Assembly: GCA_951406725.2 (NCBI GenBank)
Contig: OX597816.1
Span: forward strand, 18,352,001 to 18,416,000
Direction: 5' to 3'
DNA length: 64,000 nucleotides
Source: Octopus vulgaris
Taxonomy: Eukaryota
Numbering within the stretch: position 1 is the stretch's first letter; each line of letters opens with the position of its first letter. The translations under genes were made by a program, and so were the position numbers. A model generated the notes under the pieces. It saw only the letters and a program-made list of their open reading frames with translations, was not told the DNA's origin and made no database searches. Positions 28,555 to 43,490 of this stretch are shown here, piece by piece.

Positions 28555-28995
28555 CTTTTCTACTCCATGCACAAGGCCCGAAATTTTGGGGGGATGGAGC
28601 CAGTCGATTAGATCGACCCCAGTATGCAACTGTTACTTTATTTATCGACCCCGAAAGGATGAAAGGCCAAGTTGACCTCGGCGGAATTTGAACTCAGAAC
28701 GTAAAGGCAAACGAAATACCTATTTCTTTACTAACCACAAGGAGCTAAACACAGAGAGGACAAACAAGGAGAGACAAACGGATTAAGTCGATTATATCGA
28801 CCCCAGTGCGTAACAGGTTCTTATTGGTAAAGCGATCCCGGCGGCGTTTGAATTTCGCAGAGGTCGGAATTGCCTTTCATCCCCCGAAATGATGAAAGTC
28901 AAAGTCGACCTCTGCGGGATTTGAACTCAGAACATAACGGCAGACGAAATACCGCTAAACATTTCACCCAGCGCGCTAACGTTTCTGCCAAGTTC
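28555..28995 (-). mobile_element. Family A dimer with alternative 3' tail and internal fold-back
   Basis: Junction reverse complement AAAGAAATAG|GTATTTCGT at ~28720. The second unit ends AAAATTTCGGGCCTTGTGC. Confidence 0.85.
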
Positions 28996-30977
28996 GAAAA
29001 AGAAGAAAGTTGACTAAATGTTTGCGTTTATAAATTAACTCTGCAGTACATCAAACAGCACTCATAATTTCCGTGCATGTTATTAATTCCAGTCCATCCA
29101 TTCTAGACAAATTCGAAGTTACACCACAGTGCAGTTATTAACTTACCCCCAGGGCAAAAATCGGATAGATGTCACGGAACATCATTGTAACTTTGTTTAT
29201 CGATTGAAGCCTGAATGGAGGCCATCGATAATTTACTATTTCGTTGGCTTCTATTTTGAATATAGCTCCTTACCATTACCGCTTTCTACTATACATATTG
29301 ATTTGCAAAGCTACAATACTTATTCTTTTCTCTCCACGAAGTAATGCTATTAATCAATGTCTCAATACAACATAAGCTATAATTTAGTCCTAGCGCAATC
29401 TGCCATCAATATGTAAAATAAAAGACATATATGTCATATGTTTCTATGAGATAGAAATCGTTGAAGGAAAAATTTGTTTTCTTTTTTGTTGAAACTATTT
29501 TCCAACCGAAGAAGATTATATATTAAATGGAAACACTTTCTTCTCGTAGAGGCAGCAGTTTGATAATTGATCGCTACTAGTAAGATAAATGGTTTTTAAT
29601 TGCACCGTATATGAAACAGGACAGTACAATAATCCGTTTGAGATCTGACTTTAGGTGTTAACCTTATGACATTATCACAGTTATCGACTTGATGGACTGA
29701 TAAATGGTTTCAAACCAAAGCTGCGAACGTGCCATTAAATCTGATATGTACGTACTCGGCAGAATCTCATTATTCACTTGAAGAGATCACTCTACCATTA
29801 CTTTATTGAACTTATAGTACAAACGAATAAGTCTTGCAAATGTTCAACATTTAAGTCATTTTAATCTGCTTATGTAGAAATCTAGTGTGCAGACAATGTA
29901 GCTATCTTTGTAGTAAGAATATAGGAGCTTGCCACGGTATTCAGATGTTAATTAAATTACAAATATGATTTTGCGTCTTAAAATATATTTGCATAAATAT
30001 GTAGAAAACTACAGACTTCTTGCTTATTTACCGCAGGACAATTTACCTGACATTTGTGTCTTTAGTTGAAAACAGTTCCTACAAGAACTGCTACCTACTA
30101 ATGCCAGAAATATAAAATACAACGTCAAATCCTGAATTTCAACAAAACATACTTTAAATGCTGCACCATAAAAGTATTGATCTATGGTAATCTATATTAT
30201 ACCTTTACATCACTGTTATTGACAAACGATTTTGCCATTACTGGGTCAAGATTATTTCTGCATTCGTAATTACAAATTACAGGTTACAGAATGTCTGTTA
30301 AGGTCTATACCTGGAATCGAATCTTTAACGTAGAGTTTGTTTAACTCTAAACAGCATTCCTAATGTACAATAACGCACATTAACGACAAAGAATCTACAC
30401 AAAACTACACCGAACCTATATAGACATTAACCTAAGACACATATGCTTATATCTGTAAAGGTTTGTCAGTAATCTTATACTATTCTTGTATTTGGTGACT
30501 TTCCATTGTGGGTTTGCTTAATAATTTTCTGTTTGTAAATTTAATTCAACAAATTTTTCATTTCATTTATCACCATTTCATGTAGAAGTCACTACAAATT
30601 ATAATGTCTTTGGAATACTTTGCAGATTTAGCACCTTACAGGTTTTACAACAAAATCATGAAAGACATTCGAAGATAGTAAAATTGATTTAGTGTTCTGA
30701 AGTGTTTAGCCGAGTGAGCTGTTTCACCCCTCTCATATCAAATATGCTATATTTCCATAATTTTATGATTTTTTCTTGGATAATCTACGTCGATAAACCA
30801 TTTACGCTCACGCTATACATTAGGAGACATATAATTAGGGAAATATCTCCATACACATACATACATACAACAAACATGTAAAGATATATACATATATATA
30901 TATATATGTACATATATCTATATATATACGTACATATATCTATATACATACGTACATATATATATATATATATATAT

Positions 30978-31183
30978 ACTCTCTTTTTTACTCTTTTTAC
31001 TTGTTTCAGTCATTTCACTGCGGCCATGCTGGAGCACCGCCTTTAGTCGAGCAAATCGACCCCGGAACTTATTCTTTGTAAGCCCAGTACTTATTCTATC
31101 GGTCTCTTTTGCCGAACCGCTAAGTGACGGGGACATAAACACACCAGCATCTGTTGTCAGGCAATGCTAGGGGGACAAACACA

Positions 31184-31219
<36 letters not shown>

Positions 31220-31400
31220 TATATATATATTTACATATATACGACAGGCTTCTTTCAGTTTCCGTCTACCAAATCCACTCACAAGGCATTGGTCGGCCCG
31301 GGGCTATAGCAGAAGACACTTGCCCAAGATGCCACGCAGTGGGACTGAACCCGGAACCATGTGGTTGGTTAGCAAGCTACTTACCACACAGCCACTCCTC
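30978..31400 (-). mobile_element. SINE family B (young copy)
   Basis: Near-complete match to the other B copies. Confidence 0.92.
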
Positions 31401-32391
31401 ATATATCTACATATATGTGCGTGTATGTACATTGATATGCGCATTAGTATGTGTATGCCTGTATACACATTTACATACATATATGCATACACTCCCACTA
31501 AACTAAAACACATTCTGGCTTTCTTTGAATATTATCATAATTCCAATACCAGTAACGATAGAGAGGCAAACTTATTAAAATAACATGCTGCGATTATTAG
31601 CCAGATTCGTATGTATTATCTGTATCAAATATTATTATATAAGAAAACGAAACTGTGCCTAAGAATCTGATATATCATACAACGTGACAAATATCATTAG
31701 AGAATTTTGTACACAATATTCTTTGCAAAAGGTCATTTTTATTTTTCCCATGCGGCTACATCTACTTGACATTTTTATGTTGAAATTAGCTTAAATTATA
31801 CAGACACAAACATATAATTCAAAACTGCCATCTTACGCACATTGTTAATGTATATTTCTGCATTTATCTAGTTGCATAGAAGTAAACACACATATGTATA
31901 CATGCCCAGTTGCATATTGATACTTTCCTTAATCTATTTTATTGCATAATATGTTTCTTCCATTATAAATCTGGAACACCTATATCGAACTGAAGTCATG
32001 CAATCATCTTCTTGAAGACTAATATATGTCAACCGTTTGAATTACCAAGCGGTATACATCCTTTACGTTATTTTCCCAACATTTTCCATTCTATCATAAA
32101 TTGCAGTCTCGAGAAAGCTGTTGACTTTTAAAAAATTCTAAAGAAGTTCCTAGGGAGATAAGTAGTCCAGAGTGTTAAAATCTGTCATCTTGAGTAAACA
32201 GAAAGTGCCAAGCTATAATTGTAGATTCGTTCGCATTATGGGAGAAAAAAGATATAAGATTTTATGATTTTCTATTTTCAGGTTGACTGGTATTTTTTGT
32301 GTGTGTGATTAGATAAATGTATCTCACATTTGCATTGAAAGCAGCGCAAGTTGGAGCTCTATACTGCTATTTCTCTTTTTCTCTTTTTTTT

Positions 32392-32776
32392 TTCTTTTTA
32401 CTTGTTTCAGTCACTTTGACTGCGGCCATGCTGGTGCACCGCCTTTAATCGAGCAACTCGACCCCGGGACTTATTCTTTGTTAAGCCCAGTACTTATTCT
32501 ATCGGTCTCTTTTGCGAACCGCTAAGTGATGGGGACATAAACACACCAGCATCAGTTGTCAAGCAATGCTAGGGGGTCAAACACAGACATACACGCACAC
32601 ACACACATATATATATATACATATATACGACGGGCTTCTTTCAGTTTCCGTCTACCAAATCCACTCACAATGCTTTGGACGGCCCGAGGCTATAGTAGAA
32701 TACATTTGCCTGAGGTGCCACTGAACCCGGAAACATGTGGTTGGTAAACAAGCTATTTACCACACAGCCACTCCTA
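32392..32776 (-). mobile_element. SINE family B
   Basis: Homologous to 30978-31400. Confidence 0.92.
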
Positions 32777-33092
32777 CGCTGTGATAATGCTTTACATAAA
32801 ATACGTCTTTCTGATGGTTCTTTACATATGCATCTTCCGATATACTTTGAGATGCATCGTATGAACATGGACCGACGATAGAAACTTTTGTTTAAAAATT
32901 TTACAAGGAAAATAGATACTTCGTGTATAACAGCATCATCATATAAGGCAAATATTACACTAACCAAGATTCATCTAATGTATAAAACCAACGATTGTCG
33001 AACATATGTAAGGTAAATCGTCAATTATGTTATATACCCAATCGTGTGTGTGTGTTTATGTTTAAGAGAATCTGACATTGCATATGCATGTA

Positions 33093-33926
<834 letters not shown>

Positions 33927-34444
33927 TGTATATATATATGTATTCCGAAACTAGTTAAAAATAATGGTCATTACACATTTTTTATTTTTATTGGAGCAAT
34001 CTGGCTTACAGATGTTTCGGGTAGTAATTATAGGTACATTACTGATAGGTTTACTCATTTGGTCTATCGACCGATGGAGGGGGGGGTGAACGACCTAAGA
34101 CAGTAAATGCTACTTTCGTCAGTCATTTCTGGTCATAACAAATAGAGAATTGGTGGAAGGTCTATTGTATGTGGATGATGGGAGGAGAAGATGGAAATTT
34201 TAAAGTACAATAGAGAATAGAGGAAAACAGGATAGAAGGAGGTGAAGGTAGGTGAGGAGATGGTATAAGAGTCACTTACAAGAAGTAGGGGAATTACATT
34301 CCTAAATTTGGAAGAAGGACAGCCTAAAATATTACTGTTTTGTAGTCAGGGCAGCATCCATTACTATATTAGAATCGTACATAAGATAGATATATTCTCC
34401 AGCAATCGTGTTGAAATATGATATGGGATTCTTATTCACATGAT

Positions 34445-34599
34445 TTATATTATTTACATTTGATGAATATTTGTCCTCATCTTGTTTGTTTTAACACAAC
34501 GTTTCGGCTGATATACCCTCCAGATTTCATCAGGAGTATAGGGGAAATTTCGAACCTGGCTTCTCATTCCTAAGGTATTTTCGATGTTATTGTTGTTGT

Positions 34600-34600
<1 letters not shown>
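34445..34600 (-). mobile_element. Family E tail with hammerhead-like motif (34493-34537)
   Basis: Reverse complement TACTC CTGATGA AATCTG-gagggtatat-CAGCC GAAAC GTT GTGTT, followed on the + strand by a (CTA)n linker. Confidence 0.82.
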
Positions 34601-34682
<82 letters not shown>

Positions 34683-34709
34683 TTATTGTTATTATTATTA
34701 TTATTATTA

Positions 34710-34796
34710 TAGTAGAAGACACTTCCCAAGATACCACGAAGTGGAACTGTACCCAGATATATTTGGTTGGGCAGCAAGCTTCCTACCTCACTGCCA
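34710..34796 (-). mobile_element. Family B SINE head fragment
   Basis: TAGTAGAAGACACTTCCCAAGATACCACG..ACTGTACCC. Confidence 0.7.
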
Positions 34797-34800
34797 TACA

Positions 34801-34845
<45 letters not shown>

Positions 34846-35147
34846 CGTGCATACATACATAGCTACATACATTAAATACATGTGTGTCAGTGCTTAACAG
34901 TGTAAGAGTGTATGTTAGATCAGGTAGAACTGATCTAAGGTCTCGCTTAGAATGGATGCCGTCTGGAATTTATCAAGATGTGCCACCATTCCATCTGATA
35001 CAAGAAAGTAATACTCTCTTATGCAATTCGTATTCTTTTGAAACATTACTGAAGCTTAGTAGATGTTTGGATATAGAAAAATTTGTGGCATTAAAGAAGC
35101 AAGGCTCTTCGTGTGATATAATTTTTGTTATATTAAATAGCTACATA

Positions 35148-35188
35148 ATATCTATATATATATATATATATCTATCTATCTATCTATA

Positions 35189-35234
<46 letters not shown>

Positions 35235-35410
35235 CCTACCTATCTATCTATCTACCTATCTATCTATCTATCTGTCTGTCAGTCTATATCTCTCTCTATC
35301 TATTTATCTATCCATCTATCCATTTACCGATATATCTATCCATCTGTCTATCTATCTATCTTTCTCTCTATATACATATATATATATATATTTATTTTTA
35401 TTTTTATATA

Positions 35411-35499
<89 letters not shown>

Positions 35500-35510
35500 T
35501 ATATATATAC
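35148..35510. repeat. (TATC)n/(TA)n microsatellite
   Basis: Directly visible. Confidence 0.95.
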
Positions 35511-36044
35511 TTGTATAGATTGTTAGGTAGATTCATATATAGAGTAAGAAATATGGGAGAGAAAGAAAGGAAAAATAAGTGAACAATGACAGGAGAGAAA
35601 GAGAGATAGAGAAAGCAGTGAAGATATATTAATATCCGAAGCTTCAGACAGAATCAAAAGCTAGTGAAGTAGAGAATCGCAGACACAGGGTATGAACTTG
35701 AGTGAAGTTACAAATTACTAAAAAGAAAATATTAACATAGCATTAAGACAGACATAAAACCAAATATTCTGTCAAGTATTTCAAAGAATTACAACTAGTT
35801 TGACAAGCAATGATTTGAGAATCAATTACAAAGATATACATAAAACACATCAATGAAACCTACGCAGCGTCTTCTGACTAATTGCCCGAGCAGTCCCAGA
35901 GAGGAAAAAAAAATTATAATAAACGATCTTCAAATACTTTATTTGACGATTTGCGATATATAGTTACCCATGTATTTAATATTGGCTGGTCTTTTTTGCT
36001 TTTATTTGAGCTATTGAATACATAGTACACTCTCTCTCACTCTT

Positions 36045-36081
<37 letters not shown>

Positions 36082-37720
36082 GACGCACGCACGAGTACTT
36101 GCATACATAGGCAACATTTGTATCCAAATTAACGGAGAAGTATTGCTAGAAAATCAAATTCTGCGATTTTCGCCTTGGGAGGTCTTTGATATGCAGACAT
36201 GGTGCATGAGATAAGAAAGATATCGTAATGGTGATACTGCCTCCGTCGATAATATATACACTTATATATGTATACGTGTGTGTGTGTGTATGTATATATA
36301 TATACATATATATATATTATATATATATATATATATACATATACACATACAAATATATGCATATATATATTTATACATACACACACACAAACACACATAC
36401 ACACACACAAACGCACACACACACACACACACATATGTATATAAGCAAAATTTAGGTGAGATAAAATATGGTTGCGACATATTTGAACTGCTTAAAGATA
36501 AAAACATTGCAGATACCGTAGAGGAAATATCTCTCTTATGGTAAAATGTGTAAAAGCACCAAGTTTGTTCAGTGTCGCCATCTATCCAGAATCTCAGACA
36601 TCAATGTTTCGAATTCATTGACTATTGTTAATGGGATATACCTAAGAGAGGCAACTCAGAAGAAACTTTTTACATAAAACAATAGTTAACATCGTTGACT
36701 GATTTGCGCTAGTATGTCACCCGATTGAGGAAAATAATGAAATGATAGCGCCAAGTATTGTTTAGGCATAAGCATAATTTATAATAGTTAAAATACGTTT
36801 GTGACATGTTTCAAATTCTAAAAGGCAGATACATTGTAGTTACAATGGAGAAAATATCGCTCCTATTTGAAAACATGCAAAAATACATTGTTCAATGTCT
36901 CCATCTATCAGAAATCCCTGCCTCAGACCCGGACAATAGTTGTTGATTCAGAGGTAGAACACTGGTAGAGAAAATCTATGGAAGATGAGTTTACTGTCAC
37001 TTTAATATTTTCTGTGTTCTCTCGGGTTGATGATATAGAGGATTTGAAAGAGACTGTTAAGAAAATGGAGCAGGCATTATAGGGATAGCTCTCTCCTGAC
37101 CATCGCCGGATTTTCCTTGTCCCACTTGCAAATGACGAGAAAACTCCTCGCTGCATTTAAATTATTTTATTCATTCCGACCTCTTTCGGCAAGGTTCAGA
37201 ATATAGCCTATTGTTTAGATGTTACACGATATTGCGAACTGTATTATACCTACCAAGAAACAATAGAAAACATCCACCGCTGATTATGGAATCAACTCAG
37301 ATATATTAGCGATATCTTAGATATCAATTCATCACGAGTCATTAAACGTAGGGCCAACGAACGAATATTCAATGACAATGTAGGTTACTACAATGAGAGT
37401 CTCGGTTGCAAATTTATAAAATATACAACATTTAGTCGAAAATTCACTGCAGAAATATTGGGGAATTAACTAAAAATGTAAAGAGAATCCGGCAAATATT
37501 GCTATCGCAGATGGTAGGAGTAATATTGCGAGGAATACCAAAGTCACTCGCAGGACTTGTGGGGCACTACATCCACGGGAAGCTGCGATGAAGTCGGCAT
37601 AAAAGAACTAACGAACTTCAGGCTTCTCGGTGCAATTGCAGGGATACAGAGACACAGGAGTAGGTAATTTTTTACACACTCACACACACGCAGAAACTCA
37701 CATAAATACAGACATACATA

Positions 37721-37769
<49 letters not shown>

Positions 37770-37844
37770 TACATATATACGTATATATGTTTGTGTGCGT
37801 ATGTATCTGTGAGCAGTCATTTATATATATATGTCTATACATAC

Positions 37845-37906
<62 letters not shown>

Positions 37907-38029
37907 TATAATAATAAGGGTAAAATTAATTAATTATTAATTAATAATTTTACCAAGTAGTGTTCACTATGTAAAAAGACCATTACGGTATATTTAAAAC
38001 ATTACGTTATATAATTAGGGTAACGAAAT

Positions 38030-38113
38030 CTTGGGCTGATGACAGGAATGTTGATATAGTTATGTATTTCTAGCATCTCTATATCGAACTAACCCAGAAA
38101 TGACGTTCTCAAG
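38030..38113 (+). ncRNA. Type-I hammerhead-like motif with long stem II, inside a (TA)n-embedded repeat (37905-38265)
   Basis: CTTGGG CTGATGA ..GATATAG..CTATATC.. GAAA TGAC GTT CTCAAG. Stem I cttggg/ctcaag pairs with one G-U. Confidence 0.55.
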
Positions 38114-38394
38114 TAATCGATGTACGTGTAATCTTTCGTTATTGTTCCCTCTATACCTACGTGGATTGTTTTTGAGTATACATTGTCTGGGAGACTCTTC
38201 TTATAGTAGAGGAAATAGCTAAATTCTTTGGCTGCTATTTCTAAAAGTTCGGTGTGTGGTAAAGAAATATATATATATATATAGTCAATTTGAAGGTATA
38301 GACCTCTTATAGGGAAGGTGCCATCCAAGTTACACCGGTTTAATATATTATACTGTGAAGAGATATCCCTTCAATAAATATATTGCAAATATCA

Positions 38395-38925
38395 AATATT
38401 ACTAACCAAGAAAACGGAGAGAGTTAATGGATAAAATTAATTAATTAAAGAATTAACATTGCCTACAGTTATTTCAATTCGCACTCTATTGGAGAATTTG
38501 AGTGGGCGAAAGGACAGTATGGAAGTTACATGTCGACCGGTTGAGACATTTTACCAGATTAAGATGTGGAGACTATGTTTAGTCATTTTACATGTGTGTT
38601 AATATTTTAATTAATTTACCTTAATTTATTTTTATTTTCATGTTCATATGTGCATGTTACATTGTTTAATAATTTTATATATTTTAAGGAAAATATAAAT
38701 ACACAGACATACACACGCACATAACTAAACAGAGTCTCATCTACCTAGTCGGTTAAAATGTCTCAATCTGTCGGCATGTAACGTTCTTAATGTTCTATAG
38801 CCCTGATGACATTCTACTCAAAATCTTCAATTGAGTGTGAATTGTAACATCTATAGGCAATGTTGATTAATTAACAAATTAATTTTATCCGTAGACTCTC
38901 CATTCTCTTGCTTAATAATAAGTAT
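38395..38925. mobile_element. Diverged ~190-bp inverted repeat pair carrying a hammerhead-like motif (Penelope pseudo-LTR-like)
   Basis: 38395-38583 matches the reverse complement of 38722-38925. The right copy reads GCC CTGATGA ..CTCAA..TTGAG.. GTAAC ATCT ATA GGC, and the left copy reverse complement has GAAAT AACT GTA GGC. Confidence 0.7.
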
Positions 38926-38995
38926 ATTCATAAAAATAACTGAAATAATAGCAATGATGATGATGATAATAATAGTAATAATAATAATAATAATA

Positions 38996-39129
38996 AAACC
39001 CATCCTACGCAAAACACTTTCAATACAGTAGCCATAAGAGCATCACAGCAAACCACAGCATATATCCAAGGCACACAGAGCTGAGCTCAGTTGTGAATTG
39101 AATGCATGCTATAAAAATAAAACTACTGG

Positions 39130-39130
<1 letters not shown>
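38996..39130 (+). mobile_element. 5'-truncated R4/Dong-like non-LTR retrotransposon 3' end inside (TAA)n
   Basis: Encodes PILRKTLSIQ*, like the xILRKxL C-terminus of REL-endonuclease elements. The 3' UTR is followed by (TAA)n at 39131-39267, and (TAA)n also lies upstream. Confidence 0.6.
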
Positions 39131-39188
<58 letters not shown>

Positions 39189-39201
39189 AATAATCATAAT
39201 G

Positions 39202-39267
<66 letters not shown>

Positions 39268-39418
39268 GTTTAGATTTTGCTAATCATGACTAAGAAATTG
39301 GTGAAAATATTGAAATTGCAATTTCTTATTAAATTGAGGAATATTTAGTCTATGTTCATTCTTTTGTTATACATCTTTTCACTACATGGTGAAAATGTCT
39401 TCAACAAAATTCTTTCCC

Positions 39419-39452
<34 letters not shown>

Positions 39453-39649
39453 TAATATTTCTAAGTCTCTGGAAAGGAGATTACGGCAGAGGTACTGGAT
39501 ATTAATAGTTATCGCCAAGTTAATATAGCAGTTAAGAAATATAGGACGAATGCTGCTGTTGATTAGCACCAAGGGGGCATCACCTCTAGCTAGCTACGTT
39601 ACACACGAACCTGTGTCCATTATAACCTTCGAAGAGGGGAGGTCAGGCA

Positions 39650-39692
39650 TCTGCAGACTAGTTTCTGGGTATTTTCCCCTTATCAATGCAGA
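39650..39692 (-). ncRNA. Minimal type-I hammerhead-like motif (core mutated)
   Basis: Reverse complement TCTGCA TTGATAA g GGG-aaaata-CCC a GAAAC TA GTC TGCAGA: 6-bp stem I, palindromic ACTAGT stem III, GUC site. Confidence 0.65.
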
Positions 39693-41687
39693 GCAGCCGA
39701 ACCCAGCATATATGTATATATACTGATCATAAAAAATATTATCGGGAGTGCGAGGATGTTTGTGCCTGTATGTGTCATTAGTATGTAAGAAGAACCAACA
39801 TGTTTTGCACTGTCGAACGTCGATGATTATTAAACGAATTTATGTGCTCTACCTTATTCTTTATATTCGGTGCTGTAAGTTTAAGATAGCACATATTACA
39901 TAGTTTAGCTAATGTAATCATCGTTTTCTATTAGTTTCCATCATATCACAGAAACTGAAATTCATAAGCAATTACAATCAATTGATAAGTTTATGGTTTA
40001 CAATACACACGCACACAAATTTGAAAACCACATCAATGTTTATCAGTCAAGTAGTTACACACATCTTATAATCAAAAAATCTACTGTAATGCAATACGAA
40101 TTACGGATAATGGAAATTGAATTGTTGACCTACTCACAGAGGAAAGACCATAAATATATACAATATTAAATACGAATGGGTATTTAATATAACTCATACC
40201 AATTTAATCAACCAATCTAATGATATCGATGAGCTACAGCAATATTAATGGTTTTGTTTCTAAGGATGGATTTACAGTAAAACGAAACAGGATTTGTATA
40301 TTACGGCATTTGCCGAATAAAGAAACGGGCTTAGCATTATTAGCAGCTTAACACAGTTATCTCTTAACTTGTAATATAGATAAAATCGTAGCTATTTGAG
40401 CGCATCTGCTATGTTATGCAATCTCTGCCAAAGAAATATATTTTTTCATAGAGTACGACCAGGTCTGACTGGACTCATATATAGTTCATAAGTCCAATCT
40501 TTCTGTTGTTATCTAAGAAAGGGCAAAAAAGCATGGGCAAATGATATTAAAGATTAAGTCTGTCTATTTACACAGCCTGTTTAAATCATTATACCTAGTT
40601 AAAGAATTGCTTCATTGAAATAATGCAGTCCATCCTGGAGTTTAAAGATTTTACGAAGGCGTCCCACGAACTTTGTTACAGTCGGACATATCTCCAGGAA
40701 ATTACCAGATAAAGAGAATTAATTGTTTTGCAACTAAAAAGTTGCACAATAAATGTTGAAATATATTAATGTTCGTTTAGAACCGGCATATTTCTATAAA
40801 TAAAATCATTCTGAAAGTAATTAATATCATGAACGTGCTAATTTTATCTGATGCAAAAAAAAAAAAAATGCCGCGAGGAAAACTGTTTCCCTTGGTTCCG
40901 TTCTCATAAATGTTTCGCTAAACCAATAACAACAATACAAAGTATGTAGCCCTTAAAACGGTTTTTGTGGATTTACAAAGAATACTTAAGTGTCTTATAT
41001 AGGATTTGTTTTTTTAGGAATTCCCAATAAGTTATGAATACCGAATTGTGAAGTCAATTATGTAATAACATCAAATTAGTTACCCGATTGTAAAAATTCA
41101 AATAAAGTAGCCTCGAAAAGGTGTTGAATGCGTTTCCAGAGTTATATAGAACATAGGAGGAAATACTAATAAGGTATGAATATAAAAATCGTGAAGAATG
41201 ACACGTAATAAAAGGGTAATCACATATGAGATAACAATACAAAGTAAATAACCCTGGAAAAGATCTGTGGGCGTTCCTAGAGAATATTACCCTCAGGGGC
41301 GCTAGTTTTGGTACATTCGTGAATAAATCACTAACCGAAATAAGTGGATCTATTGTCTAGGAAAATATTATTTGCTTGTTTAAGGGTTGTACTGGATAAA
41401 TAGCGAAAATAATTCCAACAGTTCAAATACAAAGAAATAAGCATACTCAATTTCCTTTATACCAAATAATTAAGGAAAATGAATGGGTTATTTTCCTTGG
41501 CTCTATATAAGGATCCTCTCCAGGGAACCTATTATCGATTCTTTTCAACAATCTGAGTATGCCAGGAGATTTTCAGACATGAGTTCCACTCACGTGTCAA
41601 GTTTCTTCAAAATCGATAAAACGATGCAGGAAGAATTAACTAACAACTCTGCAAGCGCACCCACAGTCAGAATTTCCCACATATGTA

Positions 41688-41755
<68 letters not shown>

Positions 41756-41777
41756 ATGTGTGTATATGTGTATGTAT

Positions 41778-41945
41778 ATACTAAGCAATTAAGGGTTTAG
41801 CAACGAATTGCCTCACCACACACCGAATTTAGAAATAGCTAAAGAGTTATAGCTATTCTTTGAATAGCTATAACTCTTTGACTGCTATTTCTAAATTCGG
41901 TGTGTGGTGAGGCAACTCGTTGCTAAACCCTTAATTGCTTAGTAT
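41778..41945. repeat. ~80-bp-arm near-perfect fold-back hairpin
   Basis: ATACTAAGCAATTAAGGG...GCTATTC ttt GAATAGC...CCCTTAATTGCTTAGTAT. Confidence 0.95.
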
Positions 41946-42047
41946 TACTTAAACTTTCCTCGAATGAGGCTTTTACATGCCGAAATCTACTTGGTGTAAT
42001 TAATGATTATTCCAAATTAATTAATTTCACCCTATATTGTTACTGTG

Positions 42048-42127
<80 letters not shown>

Positions 42128-42149
42128 TATATATATATATATATATAGG

Positions 42150-42306
42150 TATGCTGTGTGGTAAGAATCTACCTTTTCAACCACATGTTTCCGGGTTGAG
42201 TCCCACTGTGTGTCAGTTTGTGCAAGTGTCCTCTTGATGAATGGCCGGGCCAATCAAAGCCTAGTGAACCTATTTGATATACGGAAAATGAAAGAAGCCC
42301 GTCGTA
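42150..42306 (+). mobile_element. Family B SINE head module
   Basis: GCTGTGTGGTAAG..CCGGGTTGAGTCCCACTG..GAAAGAAGCCCGTCGTATA. Confidence 0.8.
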
Positions 42307-42374
42307 TATATATATATACTTTGTTGTGTATTTTTCTTCCACTTACTCTTCGTCATACTTGAGTAATGAGCCGA

Positions 42375-42584
<210 letters not shown>

Positions 42585-42824
42585 GAAGGTTTGGAGATGA
42601 TACAGGTATTATATATTATTGAGGTAATCAGATCAGATGGTTCATATTTGTAGATATTTATTTATATATTACATTTTTTACATATCCTCCTCACCCACTA
42701 CTACGAAACTATAAAAAGGTTCAAACTACCCACAACTGATTTGATTTGAAAACCCATATATATCCATATATGATATATATGTAAAAAATGTAATATATAA
42801 ATAAATATCTACAAATATATATAT

Positions 42825-42922
<98 letters not shown>

Positions 42923-43344
42923 TCATTCCTGATGTATGAGGAAGACCAAATCAAAGAACACACACAACAAAAGAGTCAAGTTCAGGATGCTATAACGAAA
43001 AATATGTATACCAATGTTTATATTGTTCTATTTATGTGTTTACATATAGAAGAGTGTTAAGTGGATATTAAATTTTTTGTTACCCATGGTTTTTATTATT
43101 TAGTTTGTTAACTAGGCATTATTATTGTACATTATTATTTCTGCATTTGTACATTATTTATTCTTTGATAGTTGGATGTATGGGTCACTGCTATTCTTTA
43201 GCTTTCATATTAATTTTGATATTTTCCATAAATTGTGCTCCATTGCGCATGGTTGTGCAGGTCATAGCTTATGTTAAGTTGATTAGAGGTGGAAGTTTTA
43301 TAATATTTAAATCAGAGTTCCCTTTGCATACCGGACAGTTTTAA

Positions 43345-43490
43345 GTTCTGAGTTCAAATTCCGCCGAGCTCAATTTTACCACCTATCATTTAAGGTTCGA
43401 TACAATAATTGTTGAATAACTGGGTCGATGTATTTAATTTAAACCCCACCCTTACAACGGCTGGGATTATACTAAAATTTGTAACAAATA
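43345..43490 (+). mobile_element. Old family A SINE fragment
   Basis: GTTCTGAGTTCAAATTCCGCCGAG..TGGGTCGATGTA. Confidence 0.7.

Noticed and set aside
34000-34430. Possible PLE 3' end with GAAACATCTGTA on the minus strand
   Set aside because: CUGANGA and stem I are too degenerate, and no convincing peptide motif was found.
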